DNA of 64,000 nt from an uncultured Chloroflexia bacterium. Lineage in GTDB: Bacteria; Chloroflexota; Limnocylindria; Limnocylindrales; CSP1-4. Below the pieces are notes generated by a model that worked only from the letters and a program-made list of their open reading frames with translations, did not search any database and was not told the origin of the DNA. Every line of letters begins with the position of its first letter. The stretch's first letter is position 1. Both the position numbers and the translations under genes were made by a program. Shown here in pieces: positions 1-11,131 of this stretch. The DNA is taken from positions 768,312 to 832,311 of the forward strand of contig CAWDFY010000004.1 of the NCBI GenBank assembly GCA_963801745.1. The letters are read 5' to 3'.

Positions 1-1585
1 GGGCCGGCGCGTCCGGCGGCGTCGTCGGCCAAGCGCCTCGCCGAGGCGGGCTTCAGCGTCGTCTGCCTCGAGCAGGGCGACTGGCTCGACCGCGCCGACT
101 ACCCGGGCAACAAGCTCGACTGGGAGCTCAAGGCGCGCAAGGACTGGGCGACCAGCCCGAACATCCGCGGGCTCGCGCAGGACTACCCGATCGTCGAGGA
201 CGACACGCCCGTCTCGCCGCTCATGTACAACGCGGTCGGCGGGTCGACGATCATCTTCGCCGGCGCCTGGCCGCGCGCCCTGCCCTCCGACTTCCGCGTC
301 CGCTCGCTCGACGGCGTCGCCGACGACTGGCCGATCGACTACTTCGAGCTGCTGCCGTACTTCTACCGGACCGACCGCGACTTCGGCGTGTCCGGGCTGC
401 CCGGCGACCCGGCCTACCCGCCCGACACCGAGGACGCGCCGATGCCGCCGCTGCCGATCGGCTCGGCCGGGCTCAAGGTCGCGCGCGGCATGACCAAGCT
501 CGGCTGGCACTGGTGGCCGGAGTTCAACTCGATCAACTCGGTCGCCTACGACGGCCGCCGGCCGTGCGTCCAGCGGAGCACCTGCCAGTCGGGCTGCAAC
601 GAGGGCGCCAAGGCCTCGACCGACCTGACCCACTGGCCCAAGGCCATCGCCAACGGGCGCGCGGCTCGTGACCGGCGCCCGGGTCCGCCGCATCGAGACC
701 GACGCGAAGGGCCTGGCGACCGGCGCGACCTGGATCGACCGCGACGGCGCCGAGCACTTCGAGCCGGCGAGGGTCGTGGTCGTCGCGGCCAACGCGATCG
801 GCACGCCGCGGCTGCTGCTGCTGTCGGCCTCGCCGGCCCACCCCGACGGGCTGGCCAACTCGTCCGGCCTCGTCGGCAAGCGGCTGATGATGCATCCCTT
901 CGCCAACGTCGCCGGGCTTGTTCGAGGACCCGCTGATGAGCTGGCAGGGCCAGTTCGGCGACCTCATCGAGTCGCTCGAGTTCTACGAGACCGACGAGCA
1001 GCGCGGCTTCGTCCGCGGTGCCCGCTGGGGCCTCGCCCCGACCGGCGGCCCGATCAACACGGCGCTCCCGAGCCGCGCCGGCGAGCAGATCTGGGGCGCC
1101 GGCCACCACGCCCACGTCCGGACGCACCTCGGCCACGGCGCGAACTGGGGGCTCTTCGCCGAGGACCTGCCCGACGAGGCCAACCACATCACGCTGTCGT
1201 CGACGGTCACGGACGCCGTCGGGCATCCCCGCGCCCGAGGTCCACTACACGATGGCCGACAACGCCCGCCGGATGCTCGACTTCCACATCGAGCGGGCGA
1301 CGGAGTCGATGGAGGCGGCCGGCGCCTACAAGATCGAGGTCGACCGGCTGATGCGCTACTCCGGCTGGCACCTGCTCGGCACCGCGCGGATGGGCGACGA
1401 CCCGACGACGTCGGTGCTGGACCGCTGGAACCGCGCCCACGACGTGCCGAACCTGTACGTCGTCGACGGCTCGTGCTTCGTGACGTCGTCGGGCGTGAAC
1501 CCGACCTCGACGATCGTCGTCGATCGCGCTGCGCGCGGCCGACCACATGATCGAGACGCGCTTCGAGCAGCAGGTGCCGGCATGA
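1..1585 (+). CDS. GMC-family FAD-dependent oxidoreductase, large subunit (5' end off-window; frame broken at least 4 times)
   Basis: Pieces in three frames join into one GMC-type protein: KRLAEAGFSVVCLEQG; MYNAVGGSTIIFAGAWPR..CQSGCNEGAKAS (223-660); VVVVAANAIGTPRLLLLS (668-910); FEDPLMSWQG (918-1225); NLYVVDGSCFVTSSGVNPTSTIV (1235-1515). Restored stop TGA 1583-1585 overlaps next ATG (ATGA). Confidence 0.8.
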
Positions 1586-2173
1586 CGCAGGAGACCGGGG
1601 CCCCGACCGACCTCGAGGGCGGGATGCCGGCGACGGACCGCGCCGATGCGAGCGCACCGGCGCTGGACGACGAGGAGCGCGCGACGTTCTCGGCCATCGC
1701 CGACCACCTGATCCCGGCCGCGGACGGCATGCCGTCGGCGGCCGACGTCGTGATCGACGAGCGCCTCGCGGTTCGTGCTCCGCGCCCGGCCCGACCTGGC
1801 CGAGCCGCTCAAGGCGGCGCTCCGGCCCGACCTCGGCGCCGGACGTCGCCGACCGACTCGGCCGCGCTCGCCGACGAGCCCACCAACCTGGCGGCGCTCC
1901 AGCTGGCGATCGTCGGGGGCTACTACACGGATCGCCGGGTCCGCGAGCTGATCGGCTACCCCGGCCAGATGGCGCTCGAGCTCCGCTCGTGGGAGTACCC
2001 CGTCTACCTCGAGGAAGGTCTGATCGACGCCGTGCGTCGCCCGCGGACCGGTGTGGCGCGATCCGGCGACCGGCCAGCGCGCGGTCGCCAGCGGTGCGCC
2101 GCGAACCTACGCGGAGCGCTTCGCGCCGGATGCTGCGACGCCCGACGGGGCGACGCCCGAAGGAGGACAGTGA
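1582..2173 (+). CDS. small partner subunit of the GMC oxidoreductase (gluconate 2-dehydrogenase subunit 3-like), frame broken about 3 times
   Basis: ATG 1582 overlaps upstream stop. DDEERATFSAIADHLIPAADGMPSAADVVIDERL, then LAALQLAIVGGYYTDRRVRELIGYPGQ..SWEYPVYLEEGLIDAV. Restored frame ends TGA 2171-2173 overlapping the next ATG (TGATG). Confidence 0.55.
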
Positions 2174-3653
2174 TGGCCGTCATCGCCCCCGACACGACGG
2201 AGTCCTCCGCGCCCGGCTGGCTCGCGTCGTTCGTCGACGACGTGGGAACCGGGCACCGGCGCCCCGGTCGAGGACCACGAGCCGGCGACCGGCCGGCACA
2301 TCGCGACCGTCACGCGGCTCCACCCCGGACGACGTCGCGCGCGCCGCCGCGGCGGCCAGGGCGGCGCAGCCGGCCTGGGCCGAGACGAGCTACCAGGAGC
2401 GCGCGCGGATCCTGCGCAAGGCGGCCGACATCTACGAGGCCAACCGCGAGGAGTTCGGCACCTGGACGATGCGCGAGACCGGCGCGTCGCACAGCAAGAT
2501 GCACCACGAGTCGAACTTCGCCTACGGCGAGATCCTGAGCGCCGCGACGCTGCCGTGGCAGCCCTACGGCTCGCTCGTCCCGACCGTCGTGAAGGGCCGC
2601 CTGTCGATGGTCCGGCGCATCCCGGTCGGCGTGGTCGGCGCGATCACGCCGTGGAACTCGCCGAGCGTGCTCGGCATGCGGGTCGTCGCGCCGGCGCTCG
2701 CGCTCGGCAACGCGGTCATCCTCAAGCCCGATCCGCAGACGCCGGTGATCGGCGGCGCGATGTTCGAGGCGGTCTTCCGCGAGGCCGGCCTGCCCGACGG
2801 GCTGCTCCAGATCGTCGTCGGCGGCGCCGACGTCGGCGAGGCGCTCGTCACCGACCCGAACGTCGCGGTCGTGTCGTTCACCGGGTCGACCGCCGCCGGC
2901 CGGCGGGTCGGCGAGCTGGCCGGGGCGCGCCTCAAGAAGGTGTCGCTCGAGCTCGGCGGCAACAACGCGTTCATCGTGCTCGACGACGCGGACCTCGCCG
3001 CGGCGACCGCCGCCGGCGCGTTCTCGGCGTTCCAGTTCCAGGGCCAGGTGTGCTTCGCGGCGGGTCGCCACATCGTCCACGAGAGCGTGGCCGACGAGTA
3101 CATCGACGCGCTGCGCGACAAGGCGCAGGGCCTGCGCATGGGCGACCCGTACCGCGAGGACGTCCAGCTCGGGCCGATCGTCAACGAGAAGCAGGTCAGG
3201 CGGGTCGACGACATCGTCCGGCGCTCGATCCAGGGCGGCGCGCGGCTCGTGACCGGCGGCACGCACGAGGGGCTCTTCTACCAGCCGACCGTGCTCGCCG
3301 ACGTGACCCAGGACCTGCCGGCCTGGACCGACGAGATCTTCGGGCCGGTCGCGCCGGTCACGACGTTCCGGACCGACGAGGAGGCGCTCGCGCTCGCGAA
3401 CAGCAGCGAGTACGGGCTCGTCGGCGCGGTCTACTCGCGCTCGCTGTCGCGCGGCCTGTCGGTCGCCAACCGGATCAAGGCCGGGATGGTCCACGTCAAC
3501 GACGGCACGCTCAACGACGAGGCGACGATCCCGTTCGGCGGCACCGGGATGTCGGGCAACGGCAGCCGCTACGGCGGCGAGGCGAACCTCGACAACTTCA
3601 CCGAGTGGCAGTGGGTGACGGTGCGCGACGAGCCCCCGACGTTCCCGTTCTGA
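2173..3653 (+). CDS. NAD(P)-dependent aldehyde dehydrogenase (two frame breaks around 2250-2320)
   Basis: AGGAGGA 2161-2167 then ATG 2173. From about 2320 a continuous ALDH sequence with VGVVGAITPWNSP, LELGGNNAFIV and FQGQVCFAAGR (Glu/Cys active-site motifs). Stop at 3651-3653. Confidence 0.9.
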
Positions 3654-3663
3654 TGGCCGCTTG

Positions 3664-4684
3664 ATGGCATCGATCACCGACGTCGCCCGCCGCGCGGGCG
3701 TGTCGACCGCGACGGTCTCGCGCGTGGTGTCCGCCGCGCCGTACGCGGTCAGCCCGGCCACCCGCGAGCGCGTCCTCGATGCGGCCCGCGAGCTCGACTA
3801 CGTCCCCAACGCGCTCGCCCGCGGGCTGCTCAAGAGCTACATCCCGGTCGTCGGGGTCATCGTCCACGACATCACCGACCCGTACTTCTCGGAGGTCGTG
3901 CGCGGCGTCGAGGACGCCGCCTCGGACGGCGGGTTCCTGGTGATCACCTGCAGCTCGGACCGCGACCCCGAGCGCGAGCACTCGTACGTCCGCCTGCTCC
4001 GGTCGATGCGCGCCGGCGACGCTGATCTTCGCCGGCAGCGGGTTCGACGACCCATCGCTCAACGCGCGGATGCGCCGGCATACCGCGGCCATGCGCGCCT
4101 ACGGCGCGGCGGTCGTCCATCTATCGCCGCACGCGTCGGGCGAGGCCGAGGTCGGCGTCGACAACGCGGCCGGGATCGCCTCGATGGTGCGGCGCTCGTC
4201 GGTATGGGGCATCGCCGGATCGCGTTCCTGGCCGGTCCGCCGTCGCTGTTCGTCGCGCGCCAGCGCCTGGCCGGCTATCGACAGGGGCTGGTCGACGCGG
4301 GTATCCCGTTCGACGAGCGCCTCGTCGTGACGACCGGGCTGTTCAACCAGGAGGGCGGCGCGCTCGGCGTCGACCGGCTCCTCGCCGAGCGAGGTCGAGT
4401 TCAGCGCAGTCGTCGCGCGAACGACCTGCTGGCGCTCGGCGCGCTCGGGCGGCTCGGCGCGCTCGGCATCGAGGTCCCGGCCAGGTCTCGGTCGCCGGCT
4501 TCGACGACATCCCGACCGCGGCGCTCACCGCGCCGTCGCCTGTCGACCGTCCGGCTGCCCCTCCGCGAGATCGGCCGGCGCGGGTTCGAGCGACGCCGCG
4601 CGCGTGCTCGACGGCGGCCGGCCGGCCCGCGTCGTCCTGCCGACCGAGCTCGTCCTGCGCGAGTCGACCGGGCCGGCCCGCTGA
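3664..4684 (+). CDS. LacI-family transcriptional regulator (frame broken at least 4 times)
   Basis: N-terminal HTH MASITDVARRAGVSTATVSRVV. Sugar-binding core found piecewise in three frames (VVGVIVHDITDPYFSEV; LIFAGSGFDD; MGHRRIAFLAGPPSLFVARQRLAGYRQGL; NDLLALGALG; VAGFDDIP). TGA 4682-4684 overlaps next ATG. Confidence 0.8.
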
Positions 4685-5439
4685 TGGGCGACGCGCTGGC
4701 GGGCCGCGTCGTGCTCGTGACCGGCAGCAGCCGCGGCATCGGCGCCGAGGTCGCGGCCAAGGCCGCGGCGGAGGGTGCCACGGTCGCCGTCCACTACCAC
4801 CGCTCCCGGGAGGCCGCCGACGGGACGCTCGCGCGCGTGCGCGCGGCCGGCGCCGACGGTGACTGCTTCGGGGCCGATGTCAGCGTCGGCGACCAGGCCG
4901 AGGGTCTCGTGGCCGCCGTGATCGACCGCTTCGGGCGCATCGACGGCCTCGTCAACAACGCCGGGACGAGCCAGGTCGGGCCGTTCCTCGACATCGAGCC
5001 GGCGGAGTGGGACGCGGTCATCCGGACCGACCTGACCGCCACGTTCCACACGACCCGGGCGGCCCTGCCGTCGATGGTCGAGCGCGGCAGCGGGTCGATC
5101 GTGAACATCGCGTCGCGGCTCGGGCAGATGGGCATCACCGAGACCGCCGCCTACAGCGCCGCGAAGGCCGGGCTCATCGGGCTCACCCGGTCGCTCGCCC
5201 GCGAGTTCGGCGCGACCGGCGTCCGGATCAACGCCGTCGCCCCGGGCATGACGATCACCGAGATGACGGCCGAGCTGCTCGACACCGAGACCGGCCGGGC
5301 ACGGCTGCGCGACATGCCGCTCGGTCGCTACGGGCGCGCCGACGAGGTGGCCGACACCGTGATCTTCCTGCTGTCGGACGCCGCCGGCCTGTACCTCGGC
5401 CAGACGCTCAACCCGAACGCCGGCGGGTACATGCCGTGA
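4684..5439 (+). CDS. short-chain dehydrogenase/reductase (3-oxoacyl-ACP reductase-like), intact
   Basis: [15 protein letters not shown] (TGxxxGxG), NNAG, YSAAKAG (YxxxK); 251 aa in one frame. Confidence 0.9.
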   Translation: MGDALAGRVVLVTGSSRGIGAEVAAKAAAEGATVAVHYHRSREAADGTLARVRAAGADGDCFGADVSVGDQAEGLVAAVIDRFGRIDGLVNNAGTSQVGPFLDIEPAEWDAVIRTDLTATFHTTRAALPSMVERGSGSIVNIASRLGQMGITETAAYSAAKAGLIGLTRSLAREFGATGVRINAVAPGMTITEMTAELLDTETGRARLRDMPLGRYGRADEVADTVIFLLSDAAGLYLGQTLNPNAGGYMP

Positions 5440-6995
5440 GCAAGGTGATCCCGGTCCGGGACGCGGTCGGGCTCGTCCGCGACGGCAGCACGGTGGTCAT
5501 CGGCGGGTCGGGCGCCGGCCATGCCCTGCCGCAGCGCTTCATCGACGAGCTCGCGGCGGTCTACGCGGACGAGGGCCGGCCACGCGACCTGACGACCGTC
5601 CGGGTCGTCGGCATCGGCGACTTCGCGGATCGCGGGTTCTCGCAGCTCGGCCTGCCCGGGCTCATGCGCCGGACGATCGGCAGCAACATCGGCAACGAGC
5701 CACGGCTCGGCGCGCTCGTCGAGGCGAACGAGCTCGAGTCGTACTCGTTCCCGCAGGGCGTGCTGTCGCAGCTCATGCGCGAGATCGCGGCCGGGCGGCC
5801 CGGGCTCGTGACGCAGGTCGGCCTGGGCACGTACGTCGACCCGCGCCAGACCGGCGGCAAGCAGAACGCGCGCACGACCGAGGACCTGGTCGAGGTGGTC
5901 ACGCTGCGCGGGCGCGAGTGGCTGCTGTTCCACGCCTTCCCGATCGACGTGGCGGTCATCCGCGGCACGACCGCCGACGAGGACGGCAACCTCACGATGG
6001 AGGGCGAGGCGGTCCAGGGCGAGATGCTGGCCATGGCGATGGCGGCCCGCAACAGCGGTGGGATCGTCATCGCCCAGGTCCGCCAGCTGGCCCGGCGGGG
6101 CAGCCTGCGGATGCGCGACGTGAAGGTCCCGGCGGCACTGATCGACCACGTATTCGTCGACCCGGAGCAGTGGCAGACGTACATCACCCAGGACTCGCCG
6201 TACTACGCCGGTGCCCTGCGCAAGCCCGTCACCGACGAGCCGCCGCTGCCGCTCGACGTGCGCAAGATCATCGCCCGGCGCTCGCTGCTCGAGTTCCCGC
6301 CCGGCGCGATCTGCAACCTCGGGTTCGGCATCAGCCAGCTCATCGGCCGGGTCGCCTGGGAGGAGGGCATCACCGACCAGCTGGTGCTGACCGTCGAGCA
6401 GGGCATCTTCGGGGGCGTGCCGGTGGCCGGCAACGAGGGCGGCGCCGGCTTCAACTACCAGGCGATGATCGACCAGCCGTACATGTTCGACTTCTACGAC
6501 GGCGGCGGGCTCGACGTGGCCAGCCTCTCGTTCGCAGAGGTCGACGCCGAGGGCAACGTCAACGTCCACGCGTTCGAGGGCCGCGTCCGCGGCCCGGGCG
6601 GCTTCCCGAACATCAGCGCGAAGACCGGCAAGATCAACTTCGTCGGCACGCTGACCGCGCGCGGTCTCGAGATCGACATCGACGACGGCGTGCGCGTCGC
6701 GTCCGAGGGCAGCCTCGGCAAGTTCGTGCCTGCGGTCAAGGAGATCTCGTTCAACGGCCGCCTTGCGCGCGAGCGCGGCCAGCAGGTCCGCTACATCACC
6801 GAGCGGGCGGTGTTCGAGCTGGCCGACGACGGTCTCGTGCTGATCGAGGTCGCGCCGGGCATCGACGTCGAGCGCGAGGTGCTCGGGCAGATGGGCTTCC
6901 GCCCGCGGGTGGCCGACGACCTGCGCGAGATGGACCGCCGGCTGTATGCGACCGGGCCGATGGGCCTCGCCGCCGACTTCGGGGGCACGGCATGA
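5436..6995 (+). CDS. acyl-CoA:acetate/3-ketoacid CoA-transferase family protein, intact
   Basis: GTG 5436 overlaps upstream stop (GTGA). 519 aa with fused alpha/beta CoA-transferase architecture ([14 protein letters not shown].., ..[11 protein letters not shown].., ..GGFPNIS..). I assign the YdiF-like family by recognition only. Confidence 0.8.
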   Translation: MSKVIPVRDAVGLVRDGSTVVIGGSGAGHALPQRFIDELAAVYADEGRPRDLTTVRVVGIGDFADRGFSQLGLPGLMRRTIGSNIGNEPRLGALVEANELESYSFPQGVLSQLMREIAAGRPGLVTQVGLGTYVDPRQTGGKQNARTTEDLVEVVTLRGREWLLFHAFPIDVAVIRGTTADEDGNLTMEGEAVQGEMLAMAMAARNSGGIVIAQVRQLARRGSLRMRDVKVPAALIDHVFVDPEQWQTYITQDSPYYAGALRKPVTDEPPLPLDVRKIIARRSLLEFPPGAICNLGFGISQLIGRVAWEEGITDQLVLTVEQGIFGGVPVAGNEGGAGFNYQAMIDQPYMFDFYDGGGLDVASLSFAEVDAEGNVNVHAFEGRVRGPGGFPNISAKTGKINFVGTLTARGLEIDIDDGVRVASEGSLGKFVPAVKEISFNGRLARERGQQVRYITERAVFELADDGLVLIEVAPGIDVEREVLGQMGFRPRVADDLREMDRRLYATGPMGLAADFGGTA

Positions 6996-7771
6996 GCGGG
7001 CTGATCGCGCTGGAGCTCGGGACCGTGGCGCATGTCACGCTCCAGGACCCGCCACTCAACCTGGTGACGCGCGAGCTGCTCGAGGAGCTGTCCGCCGCGC
7101 TGGATACGCTCGCCGCTGCGGCGCCGGGCGACGTGCGCGCGGTCGTCGTGACGGGGGCCGGCGAGCGGGCATTCTCGGCGGGGTCGCATGTCGGCGAGTT
7201 CGAGTCGCAGCGGGGCGAGGCCGGGCGGGCGCGCCACGAGCTCGAATCGGGCGTCGCCGACCGGCTCGCGCGCCTGCCGATGCCGACGATCGCCGCGATC
7301 GAAGGCAACGCGCTGGGCGGTGGCCTCGAGCTGGCGCTGTGCTGCGACATCCGGATCGCGTCCGACCGGGCGAAGCTCGGGCTGCCCGAGGTGCGGCTGG
7401 CGGTCACGCCCGGGGCCGGCGGCACCCAGCGGCTGCCACGCGTCGTCGGCGCGGCGCGGGCCAAGGAACTGATCCTGACCGGCCGGGTGCTGAGCGCGGA
7501 GGAGGCCGAGCGGATCGGGCTGGTCAGCCGGGTCGTGCCAGCCGGCGAAGCGCTCGCGGCGGGCGACGCCATCGCCGCCGAGATCGCGGCCCGCGGCCCG
7601 GTCGCGGTGCGCGAGGCGAAGCGGCTCATCGATCTGGCGACCGACACCGACCTGGCGACCGGGCTCGCCGCCGAGCTCGACGCCTCGGACCGGGTGTTCG
7701 CCAGCGACGACATGCTCGAAGGCGCGGCCGCGTTCTTCGCCAAGCGCGATCCGGAGTACCGCGGCCGGTGA
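6992..7771 (+). CDS. enoyl-CoA hydratase/isomerase (crotonase) family protein, intact
   Basis: ATG 6992 overlaps upstream stop (ATGA). [17 protein letters not shown] and [23 protein letters not shown] are typical crotonase oxyanion-hole segments. Confidence 0.9.
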   Translation: MSGLIALELGTVAHVTLQDPPLNLVTRELLEELSAALDTLAAAAPGDVRAVVVTGAGERAFSAGSHVGEFESQRGEAGRARHELESGVADRLARLPMPTIAAIEGNALGGGLELALCCDIRIASDRAKLGLPEVRLAVTPGAGGTQRLPRVVGAARAKELILTGRVLSAEEAERIGLVSRVVPAGEALAAGDAIAAEIAARGPVAVREAKRLIDLATDTDLATGLAAELDASDRVFASDDMLEGAAAFFAKRDPEYRGR

Positions 7772-7798
7772 GGCCGCCGCAGCGAGGACATCTGCCAC

Positions 7799-8856
7799 AT
7801 GAGTGACGTCAGCCGGTTCGGGGTCTTCCTGCCCTCCTACGTCTGGGAGGGCGACGGGCCGGAGCGCGCTCGCGGGATCAAGGCGTTCGCCCGGACGGTC
7901 GAGGAGCTCGGCTTCGACTCGCTGTTCATCACCGACCACCTGCTGGTCGGCAAGCGGTTCTACTCGGTGAACTGGCTCGAGCCGCTGATGGCGCTCGGTG
8001 TGGCGGCCGGGGTCACGGAGCGGGTGCGGCTCGGGACGTCGATCCTGATCATGCCGCTGCGCAACCCGGTCATCCTGGCCAAGGAGCTGGCGACGCTCCA
8101 GTTCCTGTCGGACAACCGGGTCGTGCTGGGCGCCGGCGTCGGCTGGAACGAGGTCGAGTACGAGGCGGTCGGCGTCCACAAGTCGGAGCGCGGCAGGCGG
8201 ACCGACGAGATGCTCGACATCATGCTGCCGTTGCTCGAGGGCGAGACCGTCACCTATCACGGCCGCTACTACTCGGTCGACGACGTGTTCATCGAGCCGC
8301 GGACGGGCCAGCGCCCGCCGGTCTGGGTCGGCGGAGGCTCGCAGCTCGCGAACCCGAAGTCACCCGACGTGCCGAAGTTCGTCGAGTCGGTCAAGGCGCG
8401 CACGCTCCGCGCGGACGGCTGGATCCCGCGGCCGACCTGCCCGCCGCCCGACATCCGCGCGCGACTGGGACGAGCTGCAGGCGTTCTTCCGCGAGAACGG
8501 GCACGAACCGAACGAGCTGTCCGTCGCCCACGAGAACTTCCTGCACCTCGTCCTGACGAACGACCCGGCACAAGGCGCGCGAGGAGCAGCACCGCGCGTT
8601 CCTCAAGGTCATGAGCGCCGAGCGTGGGCCCGACTATCTCGAGACGGTCTACCTGTTCGGGACGCCCGACGAGATCGTCGCGTCGCTCCAGGCGCGGGTC
8701 GACGCCGGCGTCGAGCAGTTCATCCTCCACACCATGACTCCCGACCCGGCGCAGCTCCAGGCGTGGGTGGACGAGATCATCCCGAACGTGACCTTCCCGC
8801 CGACCGCGGGACCCGTCCGCAAGCCCAACCGGGATCGGGTCGCCGTCCCGTCGTGA
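7799..8856 (+). CDS. luciferase-like monooxygenase (LLM) family oxidoreductase, possibly F420-dependent (2 frame breaks near 8460-8600)
   Basis: FGVFLPSY..GFDSLFITDHLL..GTSILIMPLRNPVILAKELATLQFLSDNRVVLGAGVGW is typical of LLM proteins. The C-terminal piece 8611-8856 is in another frame (LFGTPDEIVASLQARVDAGVEQFILH). Confidence 0.8.
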
Positions 8857-9710
8857 CCCGCCAGGTCGCGCTGCTCGGCAAGCCGCTCAAGCGACGGCAT
8901 TCGCAGGTCATGCACGACGCGGCGTTCGACGCCGCCGGCATCGACGCCCGCTACGTGCTGATGGAGCTGGAGCCCGGCGAGGTCGAGCCGGCCGTGGCGG
9001 CCGCGCGCGGGCCGGACTGGCTCGGCCTCGGCGTGACCGCGCCGTACAAGCGGGTCGTGGCCGGCCTCGTCGACGAGGTCGAACCGGACGCCGAGACGAT
9101 CGGCGCCGTGAACAACGTCGTCCGCACCGACGACGGCCGGCTCGTCGGCTTCAACAGCGACGCGCCGGGGTTCGTCGCCGGCGTCGAGCTGGCGATGGGC
9201 CGCTCGCTCGACGGCGCCGAGGTGGTCGTCGCCGGCGCCGGCGGGGTCGCCCACGCGGTCGTCTACGCGTGCCTGCAACGCGGCGCGCGCCGGCTGACGA
9301 TCGGCAACCGCACGTGGGCATCGGCAGGCGCGCTGGCCGAGCGGTTCGCCGAGATCGGGACGGCCGAGATCGAGGCGGTGGCCCTCGGCGAGGGGACCTT
9401 CACCGAGGCGTTGGGCAGCGCGGACGTCGCCATCAACGCGACCACCGTCGGCATGCTCGACCCGGGCGTGACGATCGACGTGAACGCGCTACCTGGGCGT
9501 GCGACCGTGTTCGACCTCGTCTACGTCCCCGCCGAGACGTCGCTCCTCCGGGCGGCGCGCTTGCGCGGCCTGCGGGCCGCCAACGGGTCCGAGATGCTCA
9601 TCGCCCAGGCCGCCATCGCGTTCGAGCGCTGGACCGGCATCGGCGGCATGGAGGGCGTGATGCGCGATGCCGTGGCACCGCTGCTGGCCGACGCCAACGC
9701 GCGGGCCTGA
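8853..9710 (+). CDS. aroE: shikimate/quinate dehydrogenase family protein, intact
   Basis: GTG 8853 overlaps upstream stop. LLGKPLKRRHSQVMHDAAF, LGVTAPYK (catalytic Lys), GAVNNVV, GFNSDAPGF (NxD), VVAGAGGVAHAV (Rossmann). It sits in a catabolic cluster, so it may be a paralogue rather than the biosynthetic aroE. Confidence 0.8.
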   Translation: MTRQVALLGKPLKRRHSQVMHDAAFDAAGIDARYVLMELEPGEVEPAVAAARGPDWLGLGVTAPYKRVVAGLVDEVEPDAETIGAVNNVVRTDDGRLVGFNSDAPGFVAGVELAMGRSLDGAEVVVAGAGGVAHAVVYACLQRGARRLTIGNRTWASAGALAERFAEIGTAEIEAVALGEGTFTEALGSADVAINATTVGMLDPGVTIDVNALPGRATVFDLVYVPAETSLLRAARLRGLRAANGSEMLIAQAAIAFERWTGIGGMEGVMRDAVAPLLADANARA

Positions 9711-9712
9711 CG

Positions 9713-10325
9713 ATGCGCGTGGCGGTGTCGAGGCCCGGTGCGATCTACACGGTCGGTCTGAACTACAACGGTCCGGGGGCGGCGCCACGCCCGGAGCGAC
9801 CGCTCATCTACGGCAAGGCGCCGTCATCGGTCGCCGGGCACGGTGACGTGCTCAGCTGGGATCGCGAGCTGATGTCGAACGTCGATGCGGAGTGCGAGCT
9901 CGGCGTCGTCATCGGGGTCGACGGTGGCGTCTTCGGCTACACGATCGTGAACGACGTCTCGTCGCGCGACCCGTGGCTCGACGGCGACCAGTGGCTGCTC
10001 GGCAAGTCGATGCCGGGGTTCTGCCCGGTCGGGCCGTGGGTCGTGACTGCCGACGAGCTCGACCCGGGCGACCTGGCGCTCGGCTGCACGATCAACGGCG
10101 AACCGATCCAGGACGGACGGACCAGCGACATGCGCTTCTCGATCGCCGAGGTCCTCGCGTATCTCGGCCGGCACGTCCGGCTCGAGCCGGGCGACCTCAT
10201 CGTCGACCGGGACGCCGGTCCGCGGCTCACGACGCCGCCCGGACCCGACCGCCATCTCGAGGCCGGGCGACGTCGTCACCTGCTGGATCGAGGGGATCGG
10301 CGAGCTCACCACCCACATCGGCTGA
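9713..10325 (+). CDS. fumarylacetoacetate hydrolase (FAH) family protein (one frame break near 10205-10230)
   Basis: ECELGVVIG, YTIVNDVSSRD, LLGKSMPGFCPVGPWVV, then after the break GDVVTCWIEGIGELTTHIG with stop 10323-10325. Confidence 0.8.
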
Positions 10326-10338
10326 ACGAGGAGGACCG

Positions 10339-11127
10339 ATGAAGCCACCGACCGTCTTCCTGGGCGAGATGACGAACCCGGAGGTCGAGGCGTTCGTGCG
10401 CGAGCACGCGACGGTCATCGTGCCGACCGGCTCGACCGAGCAGCACGGCCCGCACGGGCCGCTCGCCACCGACACCATCGTCCCGACCGAGGTCGCCCGG
10501 CGCGTAGCCCCGAAGGTCGGCGCCGCGGTCGCGCCGCCGATCGGCTACGGGCTGTCGTACCCGCATGCCGGGTTCACGGGGGTCGTCTACCTGCGCATCC
10601 CGACGTTCATGGCGCTCGTCGAGGACGTCGCGGTCGGCCTGGCCACGATGGGCTTCCGGACGATCGTGTTCCTCAACGGCCACTACGACAACACGCTCGC
10701 GATCGCCTACGCGTGCGCCAACGCCGCCGAGCGGCTGCCCGCGGGGACGCGCGCCTTCCCGATCAACTACTGGGACGGGCTGACCGCCGACGAGTCGGCC
10801 GAGTTCTTCGGGCCGACCGCCGGCCTGCACGCGAACCGCGCCGAGACATCGGCGGTGATGGCGGTCGACGAGCGGTTCGTCGACATCGACCGCGCGAATG
10901 CGGAGATGCCGCCGTTCCCCGACGTCGGCAGCCCGGCCGGCGTCCACACCGCGTTCTTCTTCTCGACGCCGGGATCGGTGTACCGGGCGACCCAGTCGGG
11001 GACGTGGGGCGACGCGCGCGAGGCGTCGGTCGAGTACGGCCAGCGCTATCTGGATGTTGTCGAGGCGGCGACGCTGCGGATGCTCGAGGACGTCGACAAG
11101 ACGTTCGCGGCCATGCCCCCGCGCTGA
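10339..11127 (+). CDS. creatininase-family amidohydrolase, intact
   Basis: GAGGA 10331-10335 then ATG 10339. IVPTGSTEQHGPHGPLATD and VFLNGHYDN are creatininase-family metal-site segments. Confidence 0.85.
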   Translation: MKPPTVFLGEMTNPEVEAFVREHATVIVPTGSTEQHGPHGPLATDTIVPTEVARRVAPKVGAAVAPPIGYGLSYPHAGFTGVVYLRIPTFMALVEDVAVGLATMGFRTIVFLNGHYDNTLAIAYACANAAERLPAGTRAFPINYWDGLTADESAEFFGPTAGLHANRAETSAVMAVDERFVDIDRANAEMPPFPDVGSPAGVHTAFFFSTPGSVYRATQSGTWGDAREASVEYGQRYLDVVEAATLRMLEDVDKTFAAMPPR

Positions 11128-11131
11128 CGGG

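Noticed and set aside
10339-11127. The creatininase-family gene as the mycofactocin peptidase MftE.
   Set aside because: No mftA/B/C/D-type genes (radical SAM, small precursor peptide) are anywhere in the window. The family assignment alone does not support a mycofactocin link.
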